Positions 49,920 through 61,018 of a stretch of DNA of 64,000 nt are shown here, one piece after another (within the stretch, counting starts at the first letter, position 1; every line of letters begins with the position of its first letter). The DNA lies in the NCBI GenBank assembly GCA_965116725.1, contig OZ220700.1, positions 273,837-337,836 of the forward strand, written 5' to 3'. A model generated the notes under the pieces. It saw nothing but the letters and a program-made list of their open reading frames with translations. It searched no databases and was not told where the DNA came from. Origin of the DNA: Thermodesulfobacteriota bacterium (GTDB lineage: Bacteria; Desulfobacterota_D; UBA1144; Nemesobacterales; Nemesobacteraceae). Position numbers and translations under genes: made by a program.

Positions 49920-50550
49920 CTTTCGCCCCCTTTGACGTGTGCTGGAGAAAAAGCGTCCCTCCCACCGGACCCGGAACCGACCCCTTTACGAAAAGAAGAT
50001 TTCTCTCAACATCTATATCAACCACCCTGACGCCCTGAACCGTTACATTCTTTCCACCCATTCGCCCCGGCATTTTCAACCCTTTCCACACCTTGGCCGG
50101 AGATGATGCCTGTCCTATGGAGCCGGGTCTTCTGTGGGCCATACCGCCGTGGGACATTGGCTGCCTTGAAAAATTGTAACGTTTTATGGTCCCGGCGAAT
50201 CCCTTTCCCTTGCTTTTAGCCGTGACGTCTAGAACATCTCCAATCTTGAAAATGTCAACTTTTACCACGTCCCCCACCTCGTAATCATCAACCGTGGCGG
50301 AAAATTCTTTAAGCTTCGCAGTAGGGTTCACTCCGGCTTTTGTGAAATGTCCCTTCATGGGACGCGTGAGCCGCTGGGGTTTTACTTCCCCAAAACCGAG
50401 CTGAACAGCGTCGTAGCCGTCTGAATCCTTGGTTTTTTTCGAAACCACGAAGCACGGGCCCGCTTCAACTACCGTAGTGATGACCTTGACCATGTCATCG
50501 TTGAAAAACTCGGTCATCCCCTTTTTTGTTCCTATAATTCCCTGAATCAT
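49906..50550 (-). CDS. rplC: 50S ribosomal protein L3
   Basis: GTK.GMT, DGY.AVQ, SKGKGF.G and M.GRMG. Confidence 0.97.
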   Translation of the reverse strand: MIQGIIGTKKGMTEFFNDDMVKVITTVVEAGPCFVVSKKTKDSDGYDAVQLGFGEVKPQRLTRPMKGHFTKAGVNPTAKLKEFSATVDDYEVGDVVKVDIFKIGDVLDVTAKSKGKGFAGTIKRYNFSRQPMSHGGMAHRRPGSIGQASSPAKVWKGLKMPGRMGGKNVTVQGVRVVDIDVERNLLFVKGSVPGPVGGTLFLQHTSKGAKDASS

Positions 50551-50553
50551 TTT

Positions 50554-50874
50554 TTACGAACCCGTTAGTTTTATCTCTACTTCCACACCCGAAGCAAGGT
50601 TTAGTTTCATAAGTTCATCTATTGTCTGCTGGGTAGGCTCAAGTATGTCTACAAGTCTTTTGTGCGTTCTTATTTCGAAATGCTCTCTTGAATTCTTGTT
50701 CACGTGAGGACCGCGCAGCACGCAGTACCTGTTTATACTGGTAGGAAGCGGAACCGGGCCGGCTATTCTCGCGCCCGTTCTCTTGGCGGTATCGACAATT
50801 TCTTCCGTTGAATTATCAAGAAGCCTGTAGTCAAAAGACTTAAGCTTTATTCTTATTTTCGAAGCTTTGCTCAT
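50554..50874 (-). CDS. rpsJ: 30S ribosomal protein S10
   Basis: [17 protein letters not shown] and [11 protein letters not shown]. Confidence 0.98.
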   Translation of the reverse strand: MSKASKIRIKLKSFDYRLLDNSTEEIVDTAKRTGARIAGPVPLPTSINRYCVLRGPHVNKNSREHFEIRTHKRLVDILEPTQQTIDELMKLNLASGVEVEIKLTGS

Positions 50875-52058
50875 CACTCAATGATCTCTGTTACTACACC
50901 TGCCCCTACCGTTCTTCCACCCTCTCTTATCGCAAAACGCAACTGCTCCTCCATCGCCACCGGGGCTATCAACTCCACTTCCATGCCCACATTGTCCCCT
51001 GGCATCACCATCTCCACCCCCTCTGGCAATATCACCGCCCCAGTCACATCCGTTGTCCTTAAATAAAACTGCGGCCGGTACCCAGGGAAAAACGGCGTGT
51101 GCCTTCCCCCCTCCTCCTTCTTTAACACGTACACCTCAGCCTTGAACTTCCTGTGCGGCTTTATGCTCCCGGGCGCACTCAACACCTGCCCCCTCTCCAC
51201 CTCATTCTTGTCTATACCCCTGAGCAGCACTCCCACATTGTCCCCTGCCTGAGCATCGTCTAGTATCTTGCGGAACATCTCCAAACTCGTAGCCACAGTC
51301 TTCGTCGTCTCTTTAAACCCCACTATCTCTATCTCGTTCCCCGCTACTATCCTCCCCCTCTCCACTCTCCCAGTTACCACCGTGCCCCTCCCAGATATCG
51401 TGAACACATCCTCTATCGCCATCAAAAACGGCTTGTCCATGTCCCTCTCCGGCTCCGGTACATAACTGTCTATCTGGTTCATTAACTCCACTACCTGCTC
51501 TGCCGCCCCCTCATCCCCCTCTATCGCCTTAAGCGCGCTTACCTTTACCACTGGTATGTCATCCCCTGGAAACCCGTACTCGCTCAGAAGCTCCCTTATC
51601 TCAAGCTCCACAAGCTCAAGCAGCTCCTCGTCATCAAGCATGTCCACCTTGTTAAGCGCCACCACTATGTACGGCACCCCTACCTGCCTTGCTAGCAGTA
51701 TGTGCTCCCTTGTCTGGGGCATCGGCCCGTCAGGCGCGCTAACTACCAGCACCGCACCGTCCATCTGCGCAGCCCCCGTTATCATGTTCTTTACATAGTC
51801 CGCGTGCCCGGGACAGTCCACGTGCGCGTAGTGCCTGATGTCTGTTTCGTACTCAACGTGCGCTATGTTTATCGTTATCCCCCTCTCCCTCTCTTCCGGC
51901 GCCTTGTCTATGTTGTCAAACTCCACGTACTCCGCCTGCCCACGCTTTGACAGTATGCTCGTTATCGCCGCCGTTAAAGTAGTCTTGCCATGATCCACAT
52001 GACCTATCGTACCTATGTTTAAATGCGGCTTCCCCCTCTCAAACTTCGCCTTAGACAT
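50874..52058 (-). CDS. tuf: Elongation factor Tu
   Basis: [21 protein letters not shown] and [11 protein letters not shown]. Confidence 0.99.
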   Translation of the reverse strand: MSKAKFERGKPHLNIGTIGHVDHGKTTLTAAITSILSKRGQAEYVEFDNIDKAPEERERGITINIAHVEYETDIRHYAHVDCPGHADYVKNMITGAAQMDGAVLVVSAPDGPMPQTREHILLARQVGVPYIVVALNKVDMLDDEELLELVELEIRELLSEYGFPGDDIPVVKVSALKAIEGDEGAAEQVVELMNQIDSYVPEPERDMDKPFLMAIEDVFTISGRGTVVTGRVERGRIVAGNEIEIVGFKETTKTVATSLEMFRKILDDAQAGDNVGVLLRGIDKNEVERGQVLSAPGSIKPHRKFKAEVYVLKKEEGGRHTPFFPGYRPQFYLRTTDVTGAVILPEGVEMVMPGDNVGMEVELIAPVAMEEQLRFAIREGGRTVGAGVVTEIIE

Positions 52059-52096
52059 TTCTCGTTGACCTCCTTGTTAAAAAGAACATAAAAATA

Positions 52097-54181
52097 TCAG
52101 CTGACATTGGCTGCCTGTTTTAACTCTTCGGCTATATTGGCGGGCAGGGCGAAATAATGGGAGAATTCCATAGTGAACAATCCCCTGCCTTCGGTCATTG
52201 ACCTCAAGTGGGTCGCGTAACCGAACATTTCACCAAGCGGAACTTCCGCCTTTACCGCCTGCATAGCACCTCTCATTTCCGTACTGCTTACTCTTCCGCG
52301 CCTTGAACTCAGATCACCTATGACAGTTCCCATGTGAGCTTCGGGAACAACCACCTCAAGCTTCATTACGGGCTCAAGTACAACCGGAGAAGATTTATGA
52401 ATCGCCTCCTTAAATGCCATGGAACCGGCGATCTTAAAAGCGATCTCCGAGGAATCGACATCGTGAAAAGAACCGTCGTAAAGAGTGACCGCCACGTCGA
52501 CGACCGGATACCCGGAGACAACTCCAGTATCCATGGCCTCGACTATTCCTTTCTCCACCGCGGGAATAAATTCCTTGGGAATCACCCCTCCTTTTATCTG
52601 ATCGTGGAACTGAAATCCTTCGCCCCTCTCAAGAGGCTCCACCCTTATCTTCACATGGCCGTACTGACCACGCCCACCGGTCTGTCTTATGTACTTCCCT
52701 TCGGTCTGAGAAGTGTCGGTTATAGTCTCTCTGTAAGCAACCTGAGGCTTCCCTATGTTCGCATCTACATTGAATTCCCTTTTAAGCCTGTCGACTATTA
52801 TCTCAAGGTGGAGCTCCCCCATGCCGGAAATCACCGTCTGACGAGTCTCCTCATCGGTTTTCACCTTGAAGGAAGGATCCTCCATGGCAAGCTTGCTAAG
52901 CGAGAGACCGAGTCTCTCCTGGTCGGCGTTTGACTTAGGTTCTATTGCAATCGAAATTACCGGATCCGAGATATGAAGACTCTCAAGTATGACGGGATTT
53001 GAATCCGAGCACAGAGTATCGCCCGTAAGAGTGTTCTTAAGCCCAACCGCGGCTGCTATACCACCGGCCTCAATCTCTTTTATATCCTCGCGTTTTTCCG
53101 CGTGCATGCGAAGAAGCCTTCCGATTTTTTCGTTTTTAAGGTTGGATGAATTGTAAACCGTTGTTCCTGATTTAAGTTTGCCGGAATAAACCCGAAGGTA
53201 GGTAAGCTGACCGACGAAAGGGTCCGACATGATCTTAAACGCAAGCGCGGAGAAGGGCTCTTCTTTGTCGGGGTTTCTTTCGACTTCCTCATCGGTTTTG
53301 GGATGAATGCCTTTTACCGGTGGCAGATCCACGGGAGCAGGCATGTATTCCACAACGGCGTCAAGCAGGAGTTGCACTCCCTTGTTCTTAAAAGCCGACC
53401 CCAGCATAACCGGGACTATGGTCGCGTCGATTGTCTGTCGTCTTATGGATTTCCGGAGCATCTCTTCGGGGACATCCTCTCCGTCGAGATAAAGCTCCAT
53501 TATCTCTTCGTCGTTATCCGAGAGAGCTTCTATAAGTTTCTCCCTGTATTCGGCCGCCTGCTCCTTGGTGTCCTCGGGGATATCTATGAATTCAAACTTG
53601 GCCCCAAGGCTTTCCCCGTCCCAGACCGCCATTTTCATCCTTATCAGGTCAACTATTCCGGTGAAGTCGTCGCCGTCAAACCAAGGAATCTGAAGACACA
53701 CGGGATTGGCGTTAAGTCTCTCAACTATCTGGTCCACGACCTTGTAGAAATCCGCCCCGACCCTGTCCATCTTGTTCACAAAACACATTCTTGGAACAGA
53801 GTAACGGTCGGCCTGCCCCCAAACCGTCTCGGTCTGAGGTTCCACCCCTCCGACGCAGTCAAACACAACCACCGCTCCGTCAAGCACCTTGAGTGATCTT
53901 TCAACCTCTATGGTGAAATCAACGTGACCGGGAGTATCTATGATGTTTATCCTGCAGTCTTTCCAGAAACACGTAGTGGTAGCGGAAGTAATGGTGATGC
54001 CCCTTTCGCGCTCCTGCTCCATCCAGTCCATGGTCGCCGCGCCTTCGTGCACCTCGCCGATTTTGTAGGTTATGCCAGTATAGAAAAGTATTCTTTCAGT
54101 GGTAGTGGTCTTTCCAGCGTCTATGTGAGCAACAATTCCGATGTTTCTCACCCTGTCTATGGGGAATATCTGTTCTGACAC
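52097..54181 (-). CDS. fusA: Elongation factor G
   Basis: [19 protein letters not shown] and GMGELHL; GTG start after GGAGG. Confidence 0.98.
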   Translation of the reverse strand: MSEQIFPIDRVRNIGIVAHIDAGKTTTTERILFYTGITYKIGEVHEGAATMDWMEQERERGITITSATTTCFWKDCRINIIDTPGHVDFTIEVERSLKVLDGAVVVFDCVGGVEPQTETVWGQADRYSVPRMCFVNKMDRVGADFYKVVDQIVERLNANPVCLQIPWFDGDDFTGIVDLIRMKMAVWDGESLGAKFEFIDIPEDTKEQAAEYREKLIEALSDNDEEIMELYLDGEDVPEEMLRKSIRRQTIDATIVPVMLGSAFKNKGVQLLLDAVVEYMPAPVDLPPVKGIHPKTDEEVERNPDKEEPFSALAFKIMSDPFVGQLTYLRVYSGKLKSGTTVYNSSNLKNEKIGRLLRMHAEKREDIKEIEAGGIAAAVGLKNTLTGDTLCSDSNPVILESLHISDPVISIAIEPKSNADQERLGLSLSKLAMEDPSFKVKTDEETRQTVISGMGELHLEIIVDRLKREFNVDANIGKPQVAYRETITDTSQTEGKYIRQTGGRGQYGHVKIRVEPLERGEGFQFHDQIKGGVIPKEFIPAVEKGIVEAMDTGVVSGYPVVDVAVTLYDGSFHDVDSSEIAFKIAGSMAFKEAIHKSSPVVLEPVMKLEVVVPEAHMGTVIGDLSSRRGRVSSTEMRGAMQAVKAEVPLGEMFGYATHLRSMTEGRGLFTMEFSHYFALPANIAEELKQAANVS

Positions 54182-54198
54182 CTTGATCCTCCGGGGAA

Positions 54199-54669
54199 TT
54201 ACCACCTGTAGTGGGCAAAGGCCCTGTTGGCCTCGGCCATTCTGTGAATATCCTCTTTCTTCTTCACGGCGTTGCCCCTGTTGTTATGGGCGTCAATTAT
54301 TTCCGAAGAAAGCTTGTCTACCATCGATTTCTCTGATCTTGAGCGGGAGGAATTTATGAGCCATCTGATCCCAAGGGACTGCCTTCTGAAGGAACTCACT
54401 TCCATGGGAACCTGGTAGTTAGCTCCGCCGACGCGTCTTGACCTTACCTCGACCGAGGGTTTCACCTTGTCAAGAGCATCGTGAAAGACTTCAAGCGGGT
54501 CTTTTCCGGTTTTTTCGCTTATCCTGTCGAGAGAATCGTAGAAGATTTTTTCCGCCTTGCTCTTCTTGCCGTCATACATCAGGCTGTTTATAAACTTGGC
54601 GACTAACGGATCTCCAGTTCTGGAATCCGGAGCCAGTTTTCTTCTTGCTACCCTACCTTTTCTCGGCAT
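54199..54669 (-). CDS. rpsG: 30S ribosomal protein S7
   Basis: [16 protein letters not shown] and [13 protein letters not shown]. Confidence 0.98.
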   Translation of the reverse strand: MPRKGRVARRKLAPDSRTGDPLVAKFINSLMYDGKKSKAEKIFYDSLDRISEKTGKDPLEVFHDALDKVKPSVEVRSRRVGGANYQVPMEVSSFRRQSLGIRWLINSSRSRSEKSMVDKLSSEIIDAHNNRGNAVKKKEDIHRMAEANRAFAHYRW

Positions 54670-54686
54670 CTGCTGCTTCCCGCCTG

Positions 54687-55058
54687 TTACTTAGGCTTTT
54701 TGGCTCCGTACTTGGATCTCCCGTTTCTTCTGTTCTCAACTCCAGTTGAGTCAAGAGTCCCCCTGACTATGTGGTATCTCACTCCGGGAAGATCTTTCAC
54801 CCTGCCCCCCCTGACGAGCACAACGGAGTGCTCCTGCAGCGTGTGTCCTTCTCCGGGTATGTATCCTGTGACCTCTATGCCGTTTGTAAGCCTTATCCTG
54901 GCGACCTTCCTAAGCGCGGAGTTAGGCTTTTTGGGAGTGGTTGTGTAAACCCTCACGCAAACCCCTCTCCGCTGGGGACATCTCTGAAGAGCTCTGGCCT
55001 TGCTTTTCTTCTTAGCCGTCTCTCTTCCCTTGTTAAGCAATTGGCTTATTGTAGGCAT
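54687..55058 (-). CDS. rpsL: 30S ribosomal protein S12
   Basis: [17 protein letters not shown] and [11 protein letters not shown]. Confidence 0.99.
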   Translation of the reverse strand: MPTISQLLNKGRETAKKKSKARALQRCPQRRGVCVRVYTTTPKKPNSALRKVARIRLTNGIEVTGYIPGEGHTLQEHSVVLVRGGRVKDLPGVRYHIVRGTLDSTGVENRRNGRSKYGAKKPK

Positions 55059-55094
55059 AAAATCGTCCTCTCCCAAAATTTGGGTAATCCGATC

Positions 55095-55124
55095 ATTATA
55101 AGCTTAATAACGGACGGATGTCAA
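55095..55124 (-). promoter_or_regulatory. Consensus sigma70 promoter of the ribosomal superoperon
   Basis: Minus strand TTGACA-18 nt-TATAAT, 36 nt upstream of rpsL. Confidence 0.8.
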
Positions 55125-55331
55125 ATGAAAAAACGGAAAAAAACCGCTAAATCCCAAATCGAGGGAAGGACTATATTACAGAAAGAAAACAGGTTTTCAA
55201 CAAAAAATTTTTTGAGCTATATAGACTTTATTAAACGCTGTCTAAAAATGGTTGGAGCTTCTCCCGAAAAGTCCTAAAAGTCATTAATTCATCGGTCTGG
55301 GATTTCTAAGACAGATACGTTGAAAAACGCA

Positions 55332-56612
55332 TCAGGGACCGATCCGCAAAAGCGCTTTCTTCCCTATATCTGTTCTGTAGATCAGGTTTTCATCGGAAAT
55401 GGAATCGACGGCCTTGTAAGCACTCCGTATGGACTCCTCTATGGTATCTCCACGGGAGGTAACTCCCAAGACCCTGCCGCCGCTTGTAACAAGTTTGCCT
55501 TCGGAAAAAGCGGTTCCCGCGTGAAAAATCACCGTCTCGCGGGTATCGGGGAAATTCATGAGTTTTTTAAGCTCGACCCCCTTGTCGTAGCTTCCCGGGT
55601 AACCCCTAGAAGCCATGACGACGCAGACGCAGAAGCCGTCTTTCCATTCTATAGGACCCGGTTTCATCTCGCCCCGGGCTATTGAATAAAGAATAGGAAC
55701 GATGTCCGATTCCATTCTCATAAGAAGAGGCTGGGCTTCGGGGTCGCCAAAGCGGCAGTTAAATTCAAGCACCTTGAGGTCATTGTCCTTTATCATCAGT
55801 CCGGCGTAGAGAATTCCCCTGTAAGTTCTCCCCTCGGATTTCATCGCCCGCACGGTTGGAACCATGACTTCGTCAATTATTCTTTGCCTAAGCTGGTCGG
55901 TAACCACGGGGGCGGGAGTGTAAGCCCCCATGCCTCCCGTGTTCGGTCCCTTGTCTCCGTCAAAGATTGGCTTATGGTCTTGGGAAGGCTCGAGAGGAAG
56001 TACGGTTTCCCCGTCGGTAAAGGCAAAAAAAGAAGCCTCCTCGCCCATAAGAAATTCCTCTATCACGACTTTCGTCCCTGCCTCGCCGAACGCCCCGCGC
56101 TCCATCATTGAGCGAAGCGCCTCCTCGCCCTCCGCTTGAGAAGAGCATATGATAACGCCCTTGCCGGCGGCGAGACCGTCTGCCTTCACCACGAAAGGGG
56201 GCTCGCTTTCCCCTATCTTGGCAATCGCCTGCCCGATATCGGTGAACACGGAATATTCTCCGGTTGGAATTCCGTATTTCTTCATCAGGTTTTTTGAGAA
56301 ACTCTTGCTTCCTTCAAGCTCCGCCGCGGCCTTAGAGGGACCAAAAACCAAAAGACCCTCTTTTTCAAAAAAATCTGTTATTCCTTCGCAAAGAGGCTGC
56401 TCGGGACCGACAACCGTAAGATCCACCGACTCTTTCTTGACAAACTGCGCAAGCGAATCAAAATCCCCGACGCCGATAGCCACACACTCGGCATGGCGGC
56501 TTATCCCGGCGTTTCCGGGAGCACAGTAGGTCTTTTCCACAAGAGGGCTTTGGCTTATTTTCCAGCAGAGCGCATGCTCCCTTCCGCCACCTCCGACGAC
56601 AAGTACTTTCAT
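55332..56612 (-). CDS. purD: Phosphoribosylamine-glycine ligase
   Basis: GGGGREHA, KADGLAAGKGV, QDHK, GPNTGGMG and EFNCRFGDPE. Confidence 0.98.
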   Translation of the reverse strand: MKVLVVGGGGREHALCWKISQSPLVEKTYCAPGNAGISRHAECVAIGVGDFDSLAQFVKKESVDLTVVGPEQPLCEGITDFFEKEGLLVFGPSKAAAELEGSKSFSKNLMKKYGIPTGEYSVFTDIGQAIAKIGESEPPFVVKADGLAAGKGVIICSSQAEGEEALRSMMERGAFGEAGTKVVIEEFLMGEEASFFAFTDGETVLPLEPSQDHKPIFDGDKGPNTGGMGAYTPAPVVTDQLRQRIIDEVMVPTVRAMKSEGRTYRGILYAGLMIKDNDLKVLEFNCRFGDPEAQPLLMRMESDIVPILYSIARGEMKPGPIEWKDGFCVCVVMASRGYPGSYDKGVELKKLMNFPDTRETVIFHAGTAFSEGKLVTSGGRVLGVTSRGDTIEESIRSAYKAVDSISDENLIYRTDIGKKALLRIGP

Positions 56613-56671
56613 TTGAAACCTCTTATAAAATTAGATGCAAGAATATCATTGTGCCCGGCAAAGGCGTGATA

Positions 56672-58501
56672 TCATTCAACCGTGACAACCTTGGCCAGAT
56701 TCCTCGGCTGATCAACATCTGTCCCCAGAATATTGGCTATGTGGTAAGCCATAAACTGAACGGGGATAACCGATACCATCGGGCTTACAAGGTAAGAACT
56801 TTTCGGAATCACTATCTTCCTGTCCCTTTCGTCGGGAAGTCGAAGCTCTCTATCCGACGTTATGAAAATTATTCGCCCTCCCCTGGCCTTTACCTCCTGA
56901 AAATTTCCAAGGAGCTTTTTGTAATATACATCCTCCTCCGGAGCTATAAACACAACGGGCATGTTTCTGTCTATAAGAGCTATGGGACCGTGCTTCATCT
57001 CCCCGGCGGCATATCCTTCGGCGTGGATGTATGAAACCTCTTTGAGCTTAAGCGCTCCCTCAAGAGCCACGGGGTAGTTAATTCCCCGGCCCAGATATAT
57101 AAAATTCCTGTAACCGTAAAAATCTCTTGAAAGCTCTCTGAGATGTTCATCGAGTCCAAGAGATTCCTGCTGGAGTTTTGAAACCGATATGGCATCGGCT
57201 ATTAGCTGCCTAGCCCTTTTTGAATCAACCGTCTTCCTTGAAATCGCGAGATATACGGAAAGAAGATAGAACGCCATTACCTGCGTCGTGAAAGACTTTG
57301 TGGAGGCAACCCCGATCTCAGGTCCCGCCTTTGTAGCTATGACACAGTCAGACTCTCTTGAGATTTTGCTCAATGCAACGTTCGTTATGCCGATTGAGTT
57401 CATGCCGAGTTCCTTGGCCTTCAGAAGCGCTTCCGAGGTGTCCGCAGTCTCACCCGACTGAGAAACCGCGATAAAAAGGGTGTCGGGGCCAACGACCGGA
57501 TTTCTGTGTCGAAACTCCGATGCAAGCTCCACCTGAGTGTTCACTCCCGCAACTTCCTCTATCATGTACTTCCCTATAAGAGCAGCGTGGTAGGAAGTGC
57601 CGCAGGCCGCGACAATGATTCTTTGCGTGTTTCGCAAAAGCAAGGGATCCAAGTCCTCAAAAACCACTTTCCTCATGTCCGCCGTGAATTTCCCCCGGAG
57701 CGTATCGAAGATAGCCGCGGGCTGTTCAAAAATTTCCTTCAGCATGTAATGGCGATAACCTGACTTCTCGGTTACCGAAGGGTCCCAGTCCACAACCGTC
57801 GGGTCTCTCTTAACGTCATTGCCGGCGGCGTCGGTTACGGAAATGCCGTTTTCTTCCAGAACCACGAAATCGTTATCCTCAAGGAAAATAAATTCCCTCG
57901 TGTAGGGCAGAATCGCGGGGATGTCCGAAGCCAGAAAACATTCGTTTCCGTTGCGCGCTATTATAAGAGGAGAGAAGCGCCTGGTGGCGATTATCTTCCC
58001 GGGTTCTGTATCCGACATGACCGCCACAGCGTAAGAGCCCTCTATTTTCTCAAAGGCTTTTCTCGTTGACTCAAGAAGGGAGTTTCCTTTTTCCGTAAAA
58101 TCGCGGATCAGATGAGAGATGACTTCGGTATCGGTATCGGAGCAAAATTCATAACCTGCAGCAACAAGTTCCTCCTTAAGCTCGGGGTAGTTCTCCACTA
58201 TTCCGTTATGCACTACGCTTACCGGACCGGATACCTGAGGATGGGCGTTTCGCTCCGAGGGATCGCCGTGGGTGGCCCATCTGGTGTGAGCGATGCCGAG
58301 TGAAGAGGTCACTTCGCAGTCCTTTAGCTTGGTGAAAAGATTTTCAAGTTTTCCCTTGCTTCTTATGACGCGGGAACGGCCGTTTTCGACAAAGCATATC
58401 CCGGAAGAATCGTAACCCCTGTACTCCAGTCTCCCCAAGCTTTCGCAGAGAACGCTTTTGGTTCTATCCGAACTTCCAACGTATCCCACTATTCCGCACA
58501 T
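56672..58501 (-). CDS. glmS: Glutamine-fructose-6-phosphate transaminase
   Basis: MCGIVG, LEYRGYDS, HTRWATHG, SQSGETADT and PRNLAK.VTVE. Confidence 0.98.
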   Translation of the reverse strand: MCGIVGYVGSSDRTKSVLCESLGRLEYRGYDSSGICFVENGRSRVIRSKGKLENLFTKLKDCEVTSSLGIAHTRWATHGDPSERNAHPQVSGPVSVVHNGIVENYPELKEELVAAGYEFCSDTDTEVISHLIRDFTEKGNSLLESTRKAFEKIEGSYAVAVMSDTEPGKIIATRRFSPLIIARNGNECFLASDIPAILPYTREFIFLEDNDFVVLEENGISVTDAAGNDVKRDPTVVDWDPSVTEKSGYRHYMLKEIFEQPAAIFDTLRGKFTADMRKVVFEDLDPLLLRNTQRIIVAACGTSYHAALIGKYMIEEVAGVNTQVELASEFRHRNPVVGPDTLFIAVSQSGETADTSEALLKAKELGMNSIGITNVALSKISRESDCVIATKAGPEIGVASTKSFTTQVMAFYLLSVYLAISRKTVDSKRARQLIADAISVSKLQQESLGLDEHLRELSRDFYGYRNFIYLGRGINYPVALEGALKLKEVSYIHAEGYAAGEMKHGPIALIDRNMPVVFIAPEEDVYYKKLLGNFQEVKARGGRIIFITSDRELRLPDERDRKIVIPKSSYLVSPMVSVIPVQFMAYHIANILGTDVDQPRNLAKVVTVE

Positions 58502-58502
58502 T

Positions 58503-59888
58503 TCAGGATCTCCTCTTCTTTACCCCTTTTCTCTCCGCCCAGCCGGTTATTTCCTTCTGTCCGGCACGTTCTATGGCCAGAGCACCTGGGGAAACATCTT
58601 TCGTTATCGTGGAACCCGCGGCCGTAGTAGCATCTTTTCCAACCCTGATCGGCGCAACAAGCATGGTGTCGCTTCCTATAAAAGCACCATCCTCGACCAC
58701 GGTTCTGTGCTTGTTTACCCCGTCGTAGTTGCAGGTGATGGTTCCGGCACCGATATTAACTCCGTCGCCGATATCGGCATCTCCCACGTAGGAAAGATGC
58801 GGGACCTTGGAACCAACCCCTATTTCCGACTTCTTTATCTCAACGAAATTGCCGATCTTGGCCCCGTCTTTTATCCTGGCCTCGGGCCGCAGATGACAGA
58901 AAGGACCCATCACGACGCCGTTTTCGACTTCACACCCCGTAAGATACGAAGAAAACCTTATCTCGACATTGTTTCCTATACGTGAATCTTCAATGTACAC
59001 AGACGGCCCTATGCGACAACCATCGCCTATACTGGTTTCGCCGTAAATATAGGTATTAGGACACACGGTCGTATCCCTTCCTATGCTGACAGAGTCTGAT
59101 ATATAGGTGGTTTCGGGATCCTCTATGGTAACCCCGTTTTCCATGTGGCGGCGGTTTATTGCCTGTCTCATGGTTTTTTCCGCCTCGCCGAGTTGCTCTC
59201 TGCTGTTCACTCCGGACACCTCCTTTGGATCCGCCAAGCTAAAAGCCAAAAGTCTGCGTTTGCGGGAAACGCAGAGATCCACAATTCCTGGCAGGTAATA
59301 TTCTCCCTGGCTGTTTTCACTACTGAGTCCGCCCAGGCTCTCCCAGAGAAAAGAGGAATTCACGCAGTAAATGCCTGCATTTATCTCATTTTCCTTTTTC
59401 TCGTCAGCCGTGGCGTCTTTGTCCTCAACCACGCGAAACACTTCCCCATCGGCATTCCTCAATACCCTCCCGTATCCGCCGGGTTCCTCCACCAGAGTGG
59501 ACATTAATGAGAGGTCCGCTCCGTTTTTCACGTGAGAATCCGTAAACTCGCGCAGAGAAAAAAAACTTATTGCGGGAACATCTCCGCTTAGTATGAGAAT
59601 GTCCCCGGAAAAATCCCGAAATGAATCCTCGCAGCACAAAACCGCGTGCCCGGTTCCAAGCTGCGGTTCCTGGATGACCGTCTCCACCGGGTAATCCGAG
59701 ACCTCCTCCTTCACAAGCTCCGAATCATGTCCCAGGACAAGCACTATCTTCTCAGGCTCCATCTTCTGCGCCGTCTCAAGGACATAGCGCAACATGGGCT
59801 TTTTCAGGATTGGGTGCAGCACCTTGGGGAGTTGCGAATTCATGCGGACTCCCTTGCCCGCCGCCAGAATTATAACGGCCAGAGACAT
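58503..59888 (-). CDS. glmU: Bifunctional UDP-GlcNAc pyrophosphorylase/glucosamine-1-P acetyltransferase
   Basis: LAAGKG.RM.S.LPKVLH, QLGTGHA, GNFVE.K and ITCNYDG. Confidence 0.98.
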   Translation of the reverse strand: MSLAVIILAAGKGVRMNSQLPKVLHPILKKPMLRYVLETAQKMEPEKIVLVLGHDSELVKEEVSDYPVETVIQEPQLGTGHAVLCCEDSFRDFSGDILILSGDVPAISFFSLREFTDSHVKNGADLSLMSTLVEEPGGYGRVLRNADGEVFRVVEDKDATADEKKENEINAGIYCVNSSFLWESLGGLSSENSQGEYYLPGIVDLCVSRKRRLLAFSLADPKEVSGVNSREQLGEAEKTMRQAINRRHMENGVTIEDPETTYISDSVSIGRDTTVCPNTYIYGETSIGDGCRIGPSVYIEDSRIGNNVEIRFSSYLTGCEVENGVVMGPFCHLRPEARIKDGAKIGNFVEIKKSEIGVGSKVPHLSYVGDADIGDGVNIGAGTITCNYDGVNKHRTVVEDGAFIGSDTMLVAPIRVGKDATTAAGSTITKDVSPGALAIERAGQKEITGWAERKGVKKRRS

Positions 59889-59919
59889 AACCTTAATGTG
59901 TCAGTAAAAACCAAAAGAA

Positions 59920-60348
59920 TCAGAATGGAACGTCGTCGTCCGTCATACCACCGCCCTCTTCGTAGACGAAATCATCTTCAGGAGGGGGCGGCCCGGAACC
60001 TCGTCTTGTCTCTTCTCCGCGAGGGGAGAGAAACTGCACGGTTCTTCCCACAATCTCGGTCGTATATCTTTTGTTACCCTCTCTGTCGTCCCATGAGCGG
60101 GTTCTTATGGAACCTTCCACGTAGACCGACCTTCCCTTGGAAAGATACTCGCCGCAGATCTCGGCCAGTCTGTCCCAAACCACGATCCTGTGCCATTCCG
60201 TGCGCTCCTGAGGATTGCCTTCTTTGTCCTTGTATCTTTCCGTGGTGGCAACTGAAAAAGTCGTGACCGCCCTTCCGTCAGGCGTGTATCTCACTTCGGG
60301 GTCTCTCCCCAGATTACCAAGTATTATAGCCTTGTTAACCGCTGCCAT
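59920..60348 (-). CDS. ssb: Single-stranded DNA-binding protein
   Basis: NK.I.LGNLG.DPE.RY, TEWH and C-terminal DDDVPF. Confidence 0.98.
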   Translation of the reverse strand: MAAVNKAIILGNLGRDPEVRYTPDGRAVTTFSVATTERYKDKEGNPQERTEWHRIVVWDRLAEICGEYLSKGRSVYVEGSIRTRSWDDREGNKRYTTEIVGRTVQFLSPRGEETRRGSGPPPPEDDFVYEEGGGMTDDDVPF

Positions 60349-60413
60349 GAGTTTTAATCTCCACAGTTATTGTATTGGCAGAAACTTACATGATGATTAG
60401 GGGGATTTAAACA

Positions 60414-61010
60414 TTATCCCGGAAAACACTCCGAAGTTTTCTTGAAGAATTCATCAAGTATTCTCCCCGTAAGTCCCCATATTATGTGATTGCGGTAAGC
60501 AAACACGTAATCATCTATTATCTTCCCATCCCGTCTTCTTTCCCTTACGTCCCTGTTTTTTGGGTTAACCAAGTGGGAAACCGGGACGCAGAAAAATTCC
60601 GATACTTCATAATTAGGAACAAACTCTACTTCGTCATTTATCATCGCTACAAAAGGCTTTACAGCATACTGTCTAACGGAAGGAGTGTAGGGACGTACAA
60701 AATCCATTTCCCCGAGAATCTCTACTTCCTTCCCGGCGTCAAAACCAAGCTCCTCTCCAACTTCCCTAAAAGCCGTATCAAGAAGAGTCGCGTCACTTTG
60801 CTTTTTCTTTCCCCCGGGAAAGGCTACGTGACCTGAAAAAGCATCTTCTCTGTATTCGGTTCTTCTTATAAACCATATTCCATAATCTCCGCCCCGCTCG
60901 CAGATCATAACCAGCACGGCGGATGCCAGAAATTCCCCACCCGGATCAAGGAGGGTTCCCGGTGGGTCCAAGACCTTTCTTATTTCTTCTCGCAGTTTCA
61001 TCATGTCCAT
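60414..61010 (-). CDS. CoA pyrophosphatase-like Nudix hydrolase
   Basis: SAVL, SGHVAFPGG, TAFREVGEELG and IWGLT. Confidence 0.9.
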   Translation of the reverse strand: MDMMKLREEIRKVLDPPGTLLDPGGEFLASAVLVMICERGGDYGIWFIRRTEYREDAFSGHVAFPGGKKKQSDATLLDTAFREVGEELGFDAGKEVEILGEMDFVRPYTPSVRQYAVKPFVAMINDEVEFVPNYEVSEFFCVPVSHLVNPKNRDVRERRRDGKIIDDYVFAYRNHIIWGLTGRILDEFFKKTSECFPG

Positions 61011-61018
61011 CAAAAAAA

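Noticed and set aside
55125-55277. 50-aa basic ORF (MKKRKKTAK..) upstream of rpsL
   Set aside because: No RBS; it arises from A-tracts of the rpsL promoter UP region.
58490-58515. glmS ribozyme
   Set aside because: glmU and glmS are separated by 1 nt, leaving no room for a leader.
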